The notes under the pieces were generated by a model that did no database searches, was not told the DNA's origin, and saw only the letters and a list, made by a program, of their open reading frames with translations. A stretch of DNA of 64,000 bases from Pseudogymnoascus verrucosus (lineage: Eukaryota). Positions 24,546-37,666 of this stretch are shown here, in pieces. Position 1 is the first letter of the stretch, and the number at the start of each line of letters is the position of its first letter. Where the stretch lies: NCBI GenBank assembly GCA_001662655.1, contig KV460222.1. One strand, written 5' to 3'. Both the position numbers and the translations under genes were made by a program.

Positions 24546-26547
24546 CTATTCCCCATCATCTTCCTCTTCCGTGACAACAAATGAACGCAACAGATCCCTT
24601 GCCTCCTCCGCAAATTCCGAGCCCTGATCAACTTGCCTCGCCAGATATCTCGCCCTCGTATCATCGCCATCCGCAGCTATCCACCGCGCCAAAAGTAGTC
24701 GTGATCGGTTTATAACCGACACAGTGGCGGTTGAAAGGGGTGCACCCACATCGCCACTACCCTCAACCTCATCAGCTTCATCCACGCAGATCTCCAGGTA
24801 CTTCGTAGCTTCCCCGCGCTCCTGCACTTCCGCATACGCATTAGCGAGTTGGAAAAACAGCTCAATGCGTTTGCACCTAGCACCAAGCTCATCGTCCTGG
24901 TTATTCCCCCTCCCATCACCACTACAAGCAATAGCTCTCTTCATCGCTTCAATCCCCTGCATCACCCTCCCCATACTCCCCAAACAGCTCGCCATCATAT
25001 GCCACAACTCGCCGTCATCCGGTCGTAACGCCAGCGCCTGGCGATAGTAATGCAGTGATAATGTTGGCCTCTCTAGCCTCTCATACACAACCCCTAACCC
25101 CACAAACGCGCGATAGTCTTTATTATCCCCCTTCACGGCCCGCCGATACGCCGATATCGCCGCATGCGTATTCTCCACCTTGTAGTACTCATGACCCAAT
25201 AACGTCCACGCAGCCGCGAAATTCCGGTCTAATTGCAGGGCGAGCCGGACTGGATGGCATCTGAGTGCCGCGAGGTTAGGGAGTAGTAGTTCCCGAGTGC
25301 GACGTGGGTTTCAGGGCGGTGGCGGGAGATTGAGGTGCTGAGGTGGGTGGGGAATGCGAGTTGCGAGGAGGAACCGATGATGTTGGAGTGGTGGGGTAGG
25401 AAGTCGAGGTGGAAGGGGGAGGATATAAGCATTGAGGAGAAGAGGGTGTTTGCTGTGTGGAAGTCTGGACGGGGTGTTAGAAGGAATAAGAGAGGTGGTG
25501 CTGGGGGGGTTGGTACCTTTCATGCGGTAGAACACCAGGGCTCGCTGGCCTTGGAGGAATAGGCTACGGGGGAAAACTCTCTGGAGCTGGGATATCTCGG
25601 AAAGGAGGGCCGGTGAGAACTGGTGCAGCTCTTGGCAACAGTGGACTGAGAATATGAAGGCCATAATATGTGGCTGGAGTTTAGACTGGACCTGGTTGAG
25701 CTTAAACCGATTGTCAGTTATTATGCCACTGTTAACAGTGCTGGATTCTCACATGTTTCACATCACGTATTAAACAGCTCAACTCCAGCCATGCCCCCCA
25801 ATTCCAAGGATACAGCAGTACACTCTTCAACAACCAATCTATCGCAAGATCATGGCTTCTCTCTTTCGCCAGTACAATTCCGTGCCTTGAGAGAACCGCA
25901 CTGTTAATCCCGTAATCACGTTCCAGAGAATGGGAATCCATACAGGTATTCCAGCCATCCCTGACTCAGCCTATTCCCCGCTTCCTGGTCAAACCACGTC
26001 TCCAACATACGCTTGAGAGGCGCCAACTGCTTGTTGATAACAGCGCCGGTATCTGAGGGTCCGAGGATAGGACCCAGCTCTTCAGTTTTCTGCTTTTCGC
26101 CTGCTAGGAGGAGAGCGTGTGATGCAAGGGATAAGCCTTTCAGGCTGGTTTTGCTGAATACTGACCTGGATGGTTTGCCGTGGGAGATGTTGAGCACATT
26201 ATTCTGTAGTGGAATAGTATGTTCGGAGGAGTCACTAGATAGGAAAACAGCAGCACAACCGTCTCATCTCATGGCAGTCGAGGAGAGACTTCGCCATGAG
26301 ATACTTGGGCAACTCATCCTGCTCTAACCGCAACTCCACCGGATCCGTCTGTGTATCAAAGACTTCAGCCAAAGACGTCAATTCCCCGCCCAAATCATCA
26401 TCCGGAAGCGCATCCAACAGCTCAGCCGCCCATTTCGCGGACTGGTACTGGCACCTCTCAGAGCAATTAATGACAGCTTGTCGGAGCGAGCATTGGAGTT
26501 CTAGAGTTTCGGTCTTGGAAAGACTCGTTTTTGGGATGGGGAGGCAT
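24546..26547 (-). pseudogene. Divergent Cdc23/Apc8 (anaphase-promoting complex subunit 8) paralog with two frameshifts
   Basis: CSERCQYQSAKWAAELL, KYLMAKS, AGEKQKTEE, YPWNWGAWLEL, RPETHVALGNYYSL, AWTLLGHEY TPR motifs; frame breaks at ~26260 and ~25246. Confidence 0.85.
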
Positions 26548-29500
26548 GGGTAGAGTAGGGCAGGGCCGTTTGTGAGGCTGATTGTTATGTTATGTTATGT
26601 TATCTTATGTTGGAACGCGATAAGATGTTGGTTGTATGAGAGTGTCTATGCGCGATCGATCGATCAACAGGGTCCATGCGCCAATCACCCCCAAGGGTGC
26701 ATGTTTATGAGGTGTTTTATAGGATAGGGAAACAGATAGATCGTATTTTTTAACTCAACTTGTTGCAGTGGTGATCCAAAAGTCTGAAGAGGGACTGCGT
26801 AGAGCTCAGGGTTTAATACTAGCAGCCTAGTCTCGTAGATCTGTTTGGGTTATTTGTCAGTAACTAACTTGCTAATTGCAGCCCTAGGTGATTAATCGCC
26901 CTTTACTTGAATTATGTTCGCTGTAATTGCTGTTGTTATGTACAATCCCTCATTAGACTTTTGGTCGATACGACAACTGGTATTTGAAAAGGGTGTTATG
27001 GGGTTTGTTTGGTTTTGTATTTGTATTTGTATTTGTATGGTGGCAAAAATAATAACAAATAAATAAATACACATTTAAATCCCTATCAAAATAAACAAAT
27101 CACCACATAAATAAATAAATAAAAACCTAACAAATGATTTTAAAAAACAAATAAAATTATTATCAACTAACGTCTATGATTCTTTATTTTTTACAATCTA
27201 GAGGGATGATCCTGATCTGGAGTCGAATCTAGACGTTGATTTCTCAATTATTGACATCCGTGATAAATCACTGTGGAGCATATTTTGGTATGGCGTGGGC
27301 CCCAAAACCCTCCCACCATCGATAAATCGATAAGAACCGACAACAGGGGTTGTCCACGACCCCGATTACGAGCATCACCACGCCGACATATCGCGACTCG
27401 CCCTCTGTCCTCTATCCCCTCTCCTCTGAAACTTCAGCACGACTCCCTACAACCCATCGCACCTCATCCGGATCCCCAAACCCACAGTAACTGAACTGAA
27501 CCCTCCCAAAAAAAAAAAAGCGCAACTGAAGACCCGACTCAGCCAAATATTCAGGGGTAAAAGAAAAACTGAGACTCGCCACACACACACACCGCACCGG
27601 ACGCAAGGGCGGCGAGGGGGAGTCCACACCGTCATTTTGACCGCCATCTCCTCTCCCTCCCCATCTCCCGTTCCCCCCGCCGCGGAATACCCCACTTATC
27701 CACCACACACGTCCCCGAAAGGAAATTGTGGAAAAGAAATACGTCTCTGCACAATTTCCGCGTGTTTGTTCGTGCCCTGCCCCTGTCTCCTATTTTTCTT
27801 CTCTTCTCCTTCTGGGGGGGGGGGGTGGGCTGGTACCTTTTTGGGGGGGGAGGGGGGCAGGGGAGATTGGGAGGTTGGAAGGCAATACTTTTGTAAGTAG
27901 GTATTTTTTACGGGAGACTCGGAGGTTGGGTATGTACTGTTTTCTGTAGAGTACGAGGTGTGCTACTAAATATTGATTCTTGGAGACTGATAGTTTGTCT
28001 CTTCCGTCGTTAGGTCTGATGTCTGATCCCTCGGTCCTCCTCCGTTTGTCTTGCCCTTTGCCCTTGGTGTGTCACCGAGCTCGGCTTACCTGCTTCAATC
28101 CCCATCACTCCTCAATCAGCCGACCTATCTCCTGCAGCCGGATAGCGAGAGAGGGGAAAAGAAAAGTGAGCGGGAGTGTATCGATTGTGCACACCACCTA
28201 TCGATTGCTTCCCGCCGCCGCCGCATGCATCTCATCGCTGTCTCACACGCGCCTCCTGAACCGTGAGGACCTGGCCTGGCTGGTGGCTGGGTGGCTTCTG
28301 ACCAGGCGGTGGAGCGATGATGACTGGACTTGACTGGGGATCGACCGCCGGCTGGCGGCGGCGGGGGCGCGCGCGCGCGAGCGGTGGGAACTGGGGATGG
28401 GAAGGGACGGGAAAGGGCGGACCGTGGGTGATGAGCGTGAGCGGCGTGTGGTCCTGTCCACCGCCACACCGCGCGCACTGTTCGGTTCGTCCACACCCAC
28501 ATGTCCACCGCTCTTGTTCGGGTTTTCGAGTTTTTCATTTCAGGAGAGGCAAGGGGGCAAGGGTACAGGGAGGATGAGGGTCGATCGTTGTGGGTGGTGT
28601 CCGGTTTTTCCGATTTTTTTACTTCGACGGACTTGGGGGGGCTTGTACTTAGCCCCCTAGGGTCTACCCGACGGTCGGGGCGGCCCCTGGATTGTGATGC
28701 CTGAAATAGACGGATGTGTCTCGGCAGAAGCGTTGGTCGAGATGAGATGGGGATGGGGGGGAGGGGGGGCGAGGGTGTTGGACGCGTCTTATTGGCTGGG
28801 AAGTGGGGGGGAGATCAAAACAATGATGTTTAGATGGGATGTTTGGGTGGTGGGTGTTGCATGATGCTTGAGATGATGTTTAGATGATGATAGATGATCC
28901 TTTATGATCCTTTATGAGGGTTTAGATGATGTTGATCATGCGAGAGGGTTTGTTTACATTGGGTATTTTGGTTTGTTTATGGTGGTGCTGTATGTTGGAT
29001 TAGAACCTCAAAGAATGCCGGAGAATGCCCAATAATGCCCAAAATCTTCAACAACCCCTCAGAAACATGTCTGTCGCGGCATTGTTTTGAATTTTGACTT
29101 CTTTTGTATCGTACCGCTGCAGATAAACGCGTCGTGCCTTGACCCGTCGACGTTGTAGACAGAAACTAGACAGAATCTAAACACCCACTAGTCCTAATCA
29201 GTCCAATAGTAAACAATCCCAGGTCGCGACTTCCCCGTACCCCCGTCCCTGCCTCACTAGCGCCAACCCGCGTAGGGGAAGTCGCGTTCCCGGCCTTGTC
29301 CCTTCCTATTTCGATCTTTAAACACCAAACGCACACCCACCCGCCACTCAATTCTCGATAACTTCATTTTTCCATACAATCCATACAATTACACATGAAT
29401 GTTGCTTCGCGCGCGCATACGACTACGCGCTTAAGGATTCAAGAGAGTCGAGGGGGTTGAAGAAGAAGTTGTTGTTGTTGGTGTTTGTTGTTGTGTGTGT

Positions 29501-29988
29501 GTGTGTGGGGTGCATGAGGCAAGACTGACAGATTGTTGGCTACAATAAACATCTCTGGCTTGTGTGTGTTGGCAGAAGGATACTATACATGCATGTCACC
29601 ACTTCGCCACGTTGAAACGCTGACTCCAAACCGCCTTTCGCTCTCGTTCGCCTTCGATCATCCTCATCTACCATACCAACATCTCGAAGCAAGAGAGTCT
29701 GTTGCCGCTCAAGACACTACTATTCCACTGTTGCCTTGATCATCTCCATAGATCTATACCGACGACGCCGACTCCCACAAACCAACCCACGACAAACCTA
29801 AAACTACAAAACCAACAAGCTTTTTGACATCTACCTTGGATGTCAACCCCTCATCTATCAGACCATCTCCCCCTCTCGCTATTTTCGATGAGCTGAGAGA
29901 TACAATCTGAACGTGCAAGATCGAGACCGCTCGTTCTTTCATACCGCTTACCAACCACATCACTTGACATCTACTGCTTCACCATACA

Positions 29989-32900
29989 ATGTCATACTCG
30001 AATAGCGGTGGCGGCACGCTTACCCTACCATCGCCAACACATGTTCGCCATGTTGATGTCACCTCAGCAGTAAGATCTTTGCGACGCTCGCTGTCGCGAT
30101 CACCATCAAAATTTAACCTCAAAACGCAGAGAACCCCCGCACAGTCGCCAAAGACACCTTTATCTCCCTCGCCTTTATCCCCAGGGTCGCCCTCGGGACT
30201 TGGCCAAACACACCACAACTTCTTTGGCACACCAACCCATGCGCCTTCGCCACTAGCGAAGCCCTTCCCGCCAAGCGTGAAGTTGTCGCTGCGCTCAGCG
30301 AATCGCGCAAAGAACTCACCCACAACATCTAGAGTGCGCACTTCTCCGAGGAGTCCACTAAAACGCGTCTCGACTAGCGAGTCCAACAACCGCCTTAACT
30401 CACAATTCCCACTCGGTGTGACACTCCGAGAAGAATACGAGATGAAGAAGTGCGAGAACACCAGACCTACCGAACCCAAGAATATGGCGGCACAGAACCG
30501 CGAGAAGAATACGCTCAACCCTGAGATGAGCGCTCCAATCAACCAAGCGCTGGCAAGATTGGAGGGGACAAATGAGGGCACCACTACGCCAACTTCGACA
30601 TCTAGCCCGTTGAAGCGCAGTGATGCGATTATGAACCTGGACCAGGCGAGTCTAGGAAGCCCAGTTGCAAAGCGTAGAAGCTTGCACGGGTCTGGGACGT
30701 TCGGATCTGACTTCAATGTCTTTGATCACGGACCAACGTCATCACCAAAATTTGATATCCACGATGATACAAATGTGCCAGAGTTTGAGTTCTCCGCACA
30801 ATCTGTTACGGGATCGACTTCATTCTCTAGCATGCCCAAGAGGTCATCATCTCTGCGCAAGTCGACTTTACAGCAGCGCCAGGAGAAGAGCGCTTCGTGG
30901 GGGAAGAGACAGGCAGTATACGAGTTATCCTCACTGTCAAATGAGTACTCGACGCCAGCACCACCGAAGAATAGGCCGCGCCTTTCCTTGGATCAGTTCA
31001 TGCCACCTATGTCTCGGGATAGCCCATTCTCATCACAGGGCGCACTCCCAAACCCGTCGATGCACATGTTTAACCTCCAACCCACACAGAAACAACACCC
31101 ACTATCTAGGACGCTGACTACCTCTTCGTCAAGCTCTAGCATGCCAGATGACTCGCCAACCCACATTCCCGCCAATTTCGGCGAGAACCCGAGGCCAAAG
31201 CTGGACTTCTCAAAGTCTCTGCCTGTGGGTGCTCTGCGCCCTATTGCCTTACAGACCATTGCTCGGGAAGAGTTTGGCTCGAACACGTTCTCGACACCCG
31301 AGAACTACAAATCGGCGAAGCCGAACCCACTTGCATTCATGTCTACTGGGCTTATCTCAAAGGTCAACCACCACCCGGAAATTATGCCCCGCGGAAACGG
31401 CAAATCGAATATGCCCGATACTCCGTGTAAGAAGCCACTCAATGGTTTCAACACAATGCCTGCTCCGTCTGTTGCAGGAAGTGCCATTGCGAAGGCTCGG
31501 CACATTAGGCACTCTTTTGGCGCACCATCCACTCCATTCAACGTGAACGGAATCCAAGGCGTATTTGGCATGAACAGCAACGTATTTGGCAGCTCCTTCG
31601 GGAATGGAGGTCTTGTTCGACGCGGTAGCTTTCTCAGCATCGATGGCGATGAAGACAACCAGAACGACAGCCAGTCGGCCAGCGATTACGAACTGCCACC
31701 AACCCCTACCAAGCAAGCACTTACCAGCAACAACACCAACCGCGGCAGCCCACATGGACTCCGATCTCTCCAACTTTCGGCATTTGGCAATGAGATGTCA
31801 AAGGTCTCCTCAAGACCAAGAACAAGCAGTAAGTTAAACCTACTTACTACCTTCTGTGACCCCGAGGACAACGGCGAAGATTTTCTCGACCCGGATTCTC
31901 CCTCTCTTCCTGTGTACAATTTCTCTCCTAGTCCTTCTCTCTCGATGCCGTACCTCGGCCGCTCTCAAGTATCCAAGGGGCCCAAGCTGGAATTCCCGGA
32001 GTCTTTTCCTACCAACTCTCTCGCTTCTCCCTTCGTCAGTCCTGTCTCGAAACCGGACAATGCTAAATTTAGTCACGTGGCTCCAGCCTCTCCTCTGGAC
32101 CGCATAGATTTTATTGAGAAGCGCGCTCCACAAACACCAAGTGAAGATGCGCTGCCGCACGACGCGGGCCGTTTCTCGATTTCGGCTCGGAAGGCTCGCC
32201 AGCTCGCAAGGCAGGGAAGTGCAACGAGCGGAACTATGCCACCACCGGCAACACCAACGACTGGCAAGGATCTCCAGACTAACGGAGGTGTTACTCCTGT
32301 TAACGGATCTGCGCCTGTTGAAGTGGACGAGGTCCTCACGTCCCTGTTTGAAACGGTTGAGAAGATTGGCGGAGGCGAGTTCTCGGACGTCTATCGCGTT
32401 ACACAGCGTCAGGTCACCCAGGCCAAGGAGCAGTCGTTCTACTTGGGAACATCGGATTCTCCACTTGAAGGAGGATCACCACCATCCCCAGTGCCGGACC
32501 GTGCCTTCGCAGTTAAGAAGTCTCGCGCTCCGTATACGGGAAACAAGGACCGTCAGCGCAAGCTGCAAGAGGTCAATGTGCTCAAGGCACTCGGACGCTC
32601 GGACCATATCATTCAGCTTTTCGACAGCTGGGAGACGAACGACCATCTCTATATCCAGACGGAGTTCTGCGAAGAGGGCACTCTGCAATTGTTCTTGAGG
32701 AATGTCGGTATGAAGGGTAGATTGGACGACTTTAGAATCTGGAAGATCTTGCTTGAGCTCGGACAGGGTTTGCGTTATATCCACGACGCTGGATATCTGC
32801 ACTTGGACTTGAAGCCGGCCAACATCTTCATCACGTTTGAAGGTGTCATCAAGATTGGCGATTTCGGAATGGCAACATCTTACCCAGCACAGCAGGGAAT

Positions 32901-33534
32901 CGAAGGCGAGGGAGATCGTGAGTATATCGGACCCGAGATCCTTCTCGGCCAGTATGACAAGCCGTCGGATGTCTTTGCGTTTGGCCTCATCATGCTCGAA
33001 ATCGGAGGAAACGTTCTGTTACCCGATAACGGACCAACGTGGCAGCGACTTCGGTCAGGCGACATGAGCGATGTTCCGAGTTTGACTTGGAGCAGCGCCA
33101 GCGCCGTGTCCCGCGACGCGACTGGCATCCCGGTAGACGATAGCGACACCAGCATGGACTCGTATCTCAGCGACGACGAGATCGAGCGCGACCTGAAGTC
33201 TCAACGCATCCAAGGCAGGAGGCGCAACTACAACCCTCCTAAGCGCTCGACTTCGCACGACCCAGCGAATCTATTTGGATCTCTTAGGCGCGGCGAATTG
33301 AACAATGCCCCGGCGTTCATGAAGGACCAATACCACCGCGGCGCCCTCGATGGACTCGTCAAGTGGATGATCACTCCTCGTCCTGAGGAGAGACCCACAA
33401 TCCACGAGGTTCTGGAGTCGGAAGGTGCTCGTTGGGTCGAGGCTCGTCGTCGTGCAGGCGCCACTGTCTTTGAAGGCAACTGGGGTCCTGGCGATGACGT
33501 GCTGGCCGACGACGCCGAGATGATCGATGTTTAA
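29989..33534 (+). CDS. wee1: Wee1/Swe1-family protein kinase
   Basis: GGGEFSDVY, AVKKS, HLDLKPANI, KIGDFG and Wee1-diagnostic EGDREY; long S/T-P-rich N-terminus. Confidence 0.95.
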   Translation: MSYSNSGGGTLTLPSPTHVRHVDVTSAVRSLRRSLSRSPSKFNLKTQRTPAQSPKTPLSPSPLSPGSPSGLGQTHHNFFGTPTHAPSPLAKPFPPSVKLSLRSANRAKNSPTTSRVRTSPRSPLKRVSTSESNNRLNSQFPLGVTLREEYEMKKCENTRPTEPKNMAAQNREKNTLNPEMSAPINQALARLEGTNEGTTTPTSTSSPLKRSDAIMNLDQASLGSPVAKRRSLHGSGTFGSDFNVFDHGPTSSPKFDIHDDTNVPEFEFSAQSVTGSTSFSSMPKRSSSLRKSTLQQRQEKSASWGKRQAVYELSSLSNEYSTPAPPKNRPRLSLDQFMPPMSRDSPFSSQGALPNPSMHMFNLQPTQKQHPLSRTLTTSSSSSSMPDDSPTHIPANFGENPRPKLDFSKSLPVGALRPIALQTIAREEFGSNTFSTPENYKSAKPNPLAFMSTGLISKVNHHPEIMPRGNGKSNMPDTPCKKPLNGFNTMPAPSVAGSAIAKARHIRHSFGAPSTPFNVNGIQGVFGMNSNVFGSSFGNGGLVRRGSFLSIDGDEDNQNDSQSASDYELPPTPTKQALTSNNTNRGSPHGLRSLQLSAFGNEMSKVSSRPRTSSKLNLLTTFCDPEDNGEDFLDPDSPSLPVYNFSPSPSLSMPYLGRSQVSKGPKLEFPESFPTNSLASPFVSPVSKPDNAKFSHVAPASPLDRIDFIEKRAPQTPSEDALPHDAGRFSISARKARQLARQGSATSGTMPPPATPTTGKDLQTNGGVTPVNGSAPVEVDEVLTSLFETVEKIGGGEFSDVYRVTQRQVTQAKEQSFYLGTSDSPLEGGSPPSPVPDRAFAVKKSRAPYTGNKDRQRKLQEVNVLKALGRSDHIIQLFDSWETNDHLYIQTEFCEEGTLQLFLRNVGMKGRLDDFRIWKILLELGQGLRYIHDAGYLHLDLKPANIFITFEGVIKIGDFGMATSYPAQQGIEGEGDREYIGPEILLGQYDKPSDVFAFGLIMLEIGGNVLLPDNGPTWQRLRSGDMSDVPSLTWSSASAVSRDATGIPVDDSDTSMDSYLSDDEIERDLKSQRIQGRRRNYNPPKRSTSHDPANLFGSLRRGELNNAPAFMKDQYHRGALDGLVKWMITPRPEERPTIHEVLESEGARWVEARRRAGATVFEGNWGPGDDVLADDAEMIDV

Positions 33535-34991
33535 TCCCCATATACCCTTCAATTTTGGCTTATGCCACGCAGCTTCTTTGCTCAGCTCCTCGACTGGATA
33601 GGAGATTTGAGACGAGGAAGTTGGATTGGGGATTGGACATTCGACCACCGCCTCAACTGGATACGCGCCTTTTATGATTCTACGCTTGTTGCTTGCCCTT
33701 CTACGCCGCCGACGCTCCTTACGACGACCCCTGATTTGAGTATGTGTTTACGACATGATTGTTTTTTACGCCTTCGACCACCTTTTATGATGATTTGAGA
33801 TTTGAGATTTTTACTGGCATCGCGGAGCCTTGAGAAAGGATGAGAGATATCCCGGATACGAAATAGCGTTCTTGTTTGGAATGCCCCCCGTTTTATAACG
33901 ACAGCGATTTGTGCTTGGGCTTTTGATTTATTGGTTTTCGAAAAAGAGCGAGGTTTATTGTTTGTGCTTGTTTCCCGCGGGAGGCCCCTGGAATTGGGGT
34001 TTTTTATCATCTCGCGGATTACGAGGAATCTTTTATGCAGGGCTCTCTCGTAACACTTCTCCTCGTCCCGAAGATAGGGAGTGGGAGAGGGGGTTCCTGA
34101 TGCAAAAGAAGGGAATATAGTGAGATCTCCCGCGGGATTTGATTTTTGCGGCACGCATGGACGGGGAGGAAAATGTGGTACATTTTGCTGGTTGTGTGTT
34201 TGGAGTATATCTTTGCTTCTGCTTCTTGTTTGTGCGAGAATGGGGGTGCATTTACGGGACATCTGGAAATGATGACTTTGTTAGAGTATTGTGTGTATGT
34301 ACCGAAAGAACGGATTAGGAATGGGAGGTGGATTTGAGAGTTGAGAAGGGGATGGAAGGGGAGGGGGGGATGGATGATGGGGATAGATGGATTGAGGGAT
34401 GGGATGAAAGGGAGGGATTGCGGCTAGTTTTTTCGGAGAGAAAGTACTATGTGGCATTTTTTGCGCGGACTTCCGAGCGCTCAATGGCCTTTCGGGCTGT
34501 TGGTCGTGAAGGGGTCTGTATGCTTCTTGCTGTGGTGTGCTTGCTTTGCTTTAGCTAGATTCCTAGGTCAGAGGGGCTGAGCTGAGCTCTCTTTTTGGGG
34601 GCTTGGTGGTAATAGGAAGTTGGTGATCCAAAAAGTATAATCGTCGCTCGTGTGTTTGATGTGAATGTGAATGTTCATGGCAATGTGGATGTAGACTTGA
34701 GCATGTTGGGGTGGCATTTTGTGACTGGGACTTTGGGTGTGTTGATTGGTATATTTTGTAATTGAATTCATATCCCTAACGCCGACGCTATGCATTTCAA
34801 AACCCCTTCTGTAACTATCCGTACCCATCTCCTCTCTGTAGCTGAGGGCTTCCCTTGGATCTTTCACCAGCCCATCCACCGCATGAAGTTCTCCATACGC
34901 CCAGAACACTCGCCAGACCTCCCAACTGAAATAGAGTAACTCCACGATCCCAGCCCTCGCAAACACCATCTCCACCGCCTCAACCCCCTCC

Positions 34992-35543
34992 TCACAACAA
35001 ATCAAAATCATCCAACTTCTCCCTATACTTAAGGATATTCCTCCGAATCTTACTCCCATCCACCCACGTCACAAAGTCCTCCATACTCTTCCCCACCAGA
35101 TACGCCGGATCGGTCACCGCCTCCGTCCCAACCCTCACATGTCCCTGCTCCACAATCTTCGTCGCCGCCTGCACCGTCTCCGCCATCCTAAGCCTCGTCA
35201 TCACAACCGGTAACCTCCTCCTCGCGAACGCGGAAACGGTAACACTATTCTCCACCGCGGATAACTTGGATGTCGTCGCGAGAATCCCCATATCATGCAG
35301 TTTATTGAGGAGTAAAGCTTCGTGCTTCTGGCGCACGGGGTCGTCGGGAGGGAGAGCGGCGAGCTTGTGGGCCAGTTGGCGCAGGGAGCCGCAGATGCGG
35401 TTGTATTTCTGGTAGTCGGAGGGGTTTTGGATGGCGTAGCGGCGGAGGACGGCTGCGTCGCGGTGGTTGTTGTCAGAGGCGTAGGTGGTGAAGTCGACCT
35501 TGCGGAGGAGCTTGGACTCGTGGTGCTTGAGTTTGCGGACCAT
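34992..35543 (-). CDS. IMP3: U3 snoRNP protein Imp3 (S4 domain)
   Basis: [18 protein letters not shown]...RRRLPVVM...QGHVRVG...DDFDLL, 183 aa. Confidence 0.97.
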   Translation of the reverse strand: MVRKLKHHESKLLRKVDFTTYASDNNHRDAAVLRRYAIQNPSDYQKYNRICGSLRQLAHKLAALPPDDPVRQKHEALLLNKLHDMGILATTSKLSAVENSVTVSAFARRRLPVVMTRLRMAETVQAATKIVEQGHVRVGTEAVTDPAYLVGKSMEDFVTWVDGSKIRRNILKYREKLDDFDLL

Positions 35544-35780
35544 CTTGTCTGAGGTCTGGGTTGTGCTGCTGGTAACTGGGGTGGTTGAAGATTTTCGTGA
35601 GGAGGCTGATAAGAAGGCTGAGATTATTTTTTGGGTAGGTCGTTCCTTCCGTTCGGAGAAACTTTTAAGGTAGCCGGAAAATCAATGTTCCGCGGTTGCT
35701 AGATTTTGGGGGTCCCGGTTAGTATGGCTTCAGGACGACGACACAAGGAGAGGAACGTAAATCTCGACGACGACGCAGTT

Positions 35781-36627
35781 ATGTTGCCGCTGAGGTTACA
35801 ATGCTTTAAGCCCGTCGTGGCAGCACGCCAATTAGGCCTCTGCGCCCGTGCAGCTTTCTCCACCGGCACCAGGTCCTTCGCTGGTACGCTCCCCATCTCC
35901 CTCACCCTCACCATCAAAGAAAGCCAGACCACTAACCCTCCTCCTCCTCCAGACTCCTCCTCCTCCTTTACCTCCCCAACAGGTGCCAGCCAACCCGCCC
36001 CCCGCGCCAACTTCAACCCCCGCCCCCGCACCCTCTCCCCCGGCAACGAGCGCGCCTCCCAAAACCTGCTCTCGCTAATCGACCGCACCGCGCAGCGCAA
36101 GGAGCGACAGCGCACCCAGCGCACCGCCGCGCACGCGGGTGGCAGCTCGGCTGAGGATCTGGCGCGCCACAAGATGGCGACGAAGGTCACGAAGCAGATC
36201 TCGAGGCGATGGAAGACTGGGGATGTGTACGCGCCGCATGATTTGAGCGAGGTGGAGATGAAGAAGTGGAAGCAGAGGGGGAAGCCGGCGGTGGATGTTT
36301 TTGATGTTTTGGAGCTGGATCCGTTGGTGGAGTATCGCGTGAGTGTTTGCCCTGTGCTATGTGGTGTGGTGCTGTGATGTTGTGGTGCGGAAGGCTGATG
36401 ATTGTGGACAGAATTTCGCGATGCTTTCGGAGTATATGACGCCCATGGGAAGGATTATGCACTCGAATGATACGGGGTTGCGTAGTAAGAACCAGAGGAG
36501 GATTGCTAAGGCTATTCGCCGTGCTGTTGGCATGGGATTCATGCCGTCGGTGCATCGTCACCCAGAGATCTTGATGAAGGAGAGCACGAGGAGGAACGAG
36601 CCGCTTAGCCGTGAGACGAAGGCTTAA
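35781..36627 (+). CDS. RSM18: Mitochondrial small-subunit ribosomal protein bS18m
   Basis: Presequence-like N-terminus; GDVYAPHDLS; LSEYMTPMGRI...TGL...QRRIAKAIRRA; introns 35884-35952 and 36339-36411; divergent from IMP3. Confidence 0.9.
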
Positions 36628-37666
36628 GCGGATTGATTTGATGGAGATGGGAATGGCACCTGTATGTTAAGTTGTGTACATGGTACGTGGCTTGTGGGAA
36701 TATAAGATGGACTCGAGGGGAGAAGCATTTAGAAGGACGATGTAAAACACAGGGTTGTCCGTTGTACAATATAAATCTTTTAAGAGCACACTCTCTTATG
36801 TTGAATTTGTCAATTCTATACACTATATCTCAAGCCTATATATGCTTTTCATACTCGATACACCACACCCCTCCGTTGGTGACGATTTCTCTCTGATTTG
36901 CATTAGGCCTGGCGAGGCAAAACTGAAAATCCGAGATGCAGTTCTCCAGACACAGTTCCTCAGACGCAGGTCTTCGATCCGCAACCTTCCAGACTCACTA
37001 TCTAGGATACATCCATATTTTCCTCTGATAAAGTGAGACCTATGACATATTCTAGAAGATGCTGCGCACTTGAACCCTATCTAATGGGGCGTTAGATCAC
37101 AGCCGCAGACCAAAAACTGGCCAACATGGAGTTTGATAGTATGAAAGCCTAAGACACCGCTGAACAGACATCAACATCCTATCTCTGAAACGAACAGCTA
37201 TGATCGTTGGGCCCTCGATTCTAAAAGAGGTATTTGGACCGCCACCTCCGATGCCTATGGTAGTAAAGGGCCTCCGACTACTCACTGACACAAAGTGGCC
37301 GAAGACAAAGAGCCGCCGTCCCCGAGTCTATATCAGAACACTCTGCGCCGCCACAGTCTCAGAATATGACTCCGACGAACAATGGATTTTCGAGAACAGG
37401 ACGACTGTTCAGGTTTCAAGTCTCGAGGACCAATGATGGCTGACCATGACCTGTTCACCGTTAATGTCTAGCTCTTGGCCCCTTCCGAGGTCGACAACAA
37501 TTCAAGTGAGAGCAAAATAGTATAAATACTCTCCAAGATCTCTCGATATTTCCTCATCAGTTCTCTCATCATCAGTTTCCTATTGCACAATCATACCCAG
37601 ACTTCTTCTCAAGATCTCTAATCATCATATTCTCATTCCCACAACCACACCCATCCACAACTTCCC

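Noticed and set aside
27200..29500. Telomerase RNA or another known ncRNA
   Set aside because: No CTAACCCTAA-type template or recognisable RNase P, MRP or snRNA motifs found by eye
31829..32107. Possible intron in wee1 (GTAAGT at 31829)
   Set aside because: The ORF is open through it; the nearest branch-linked acceptor (32072) would shift frame and only a distal AG (32107) keeps it; needs RNA data
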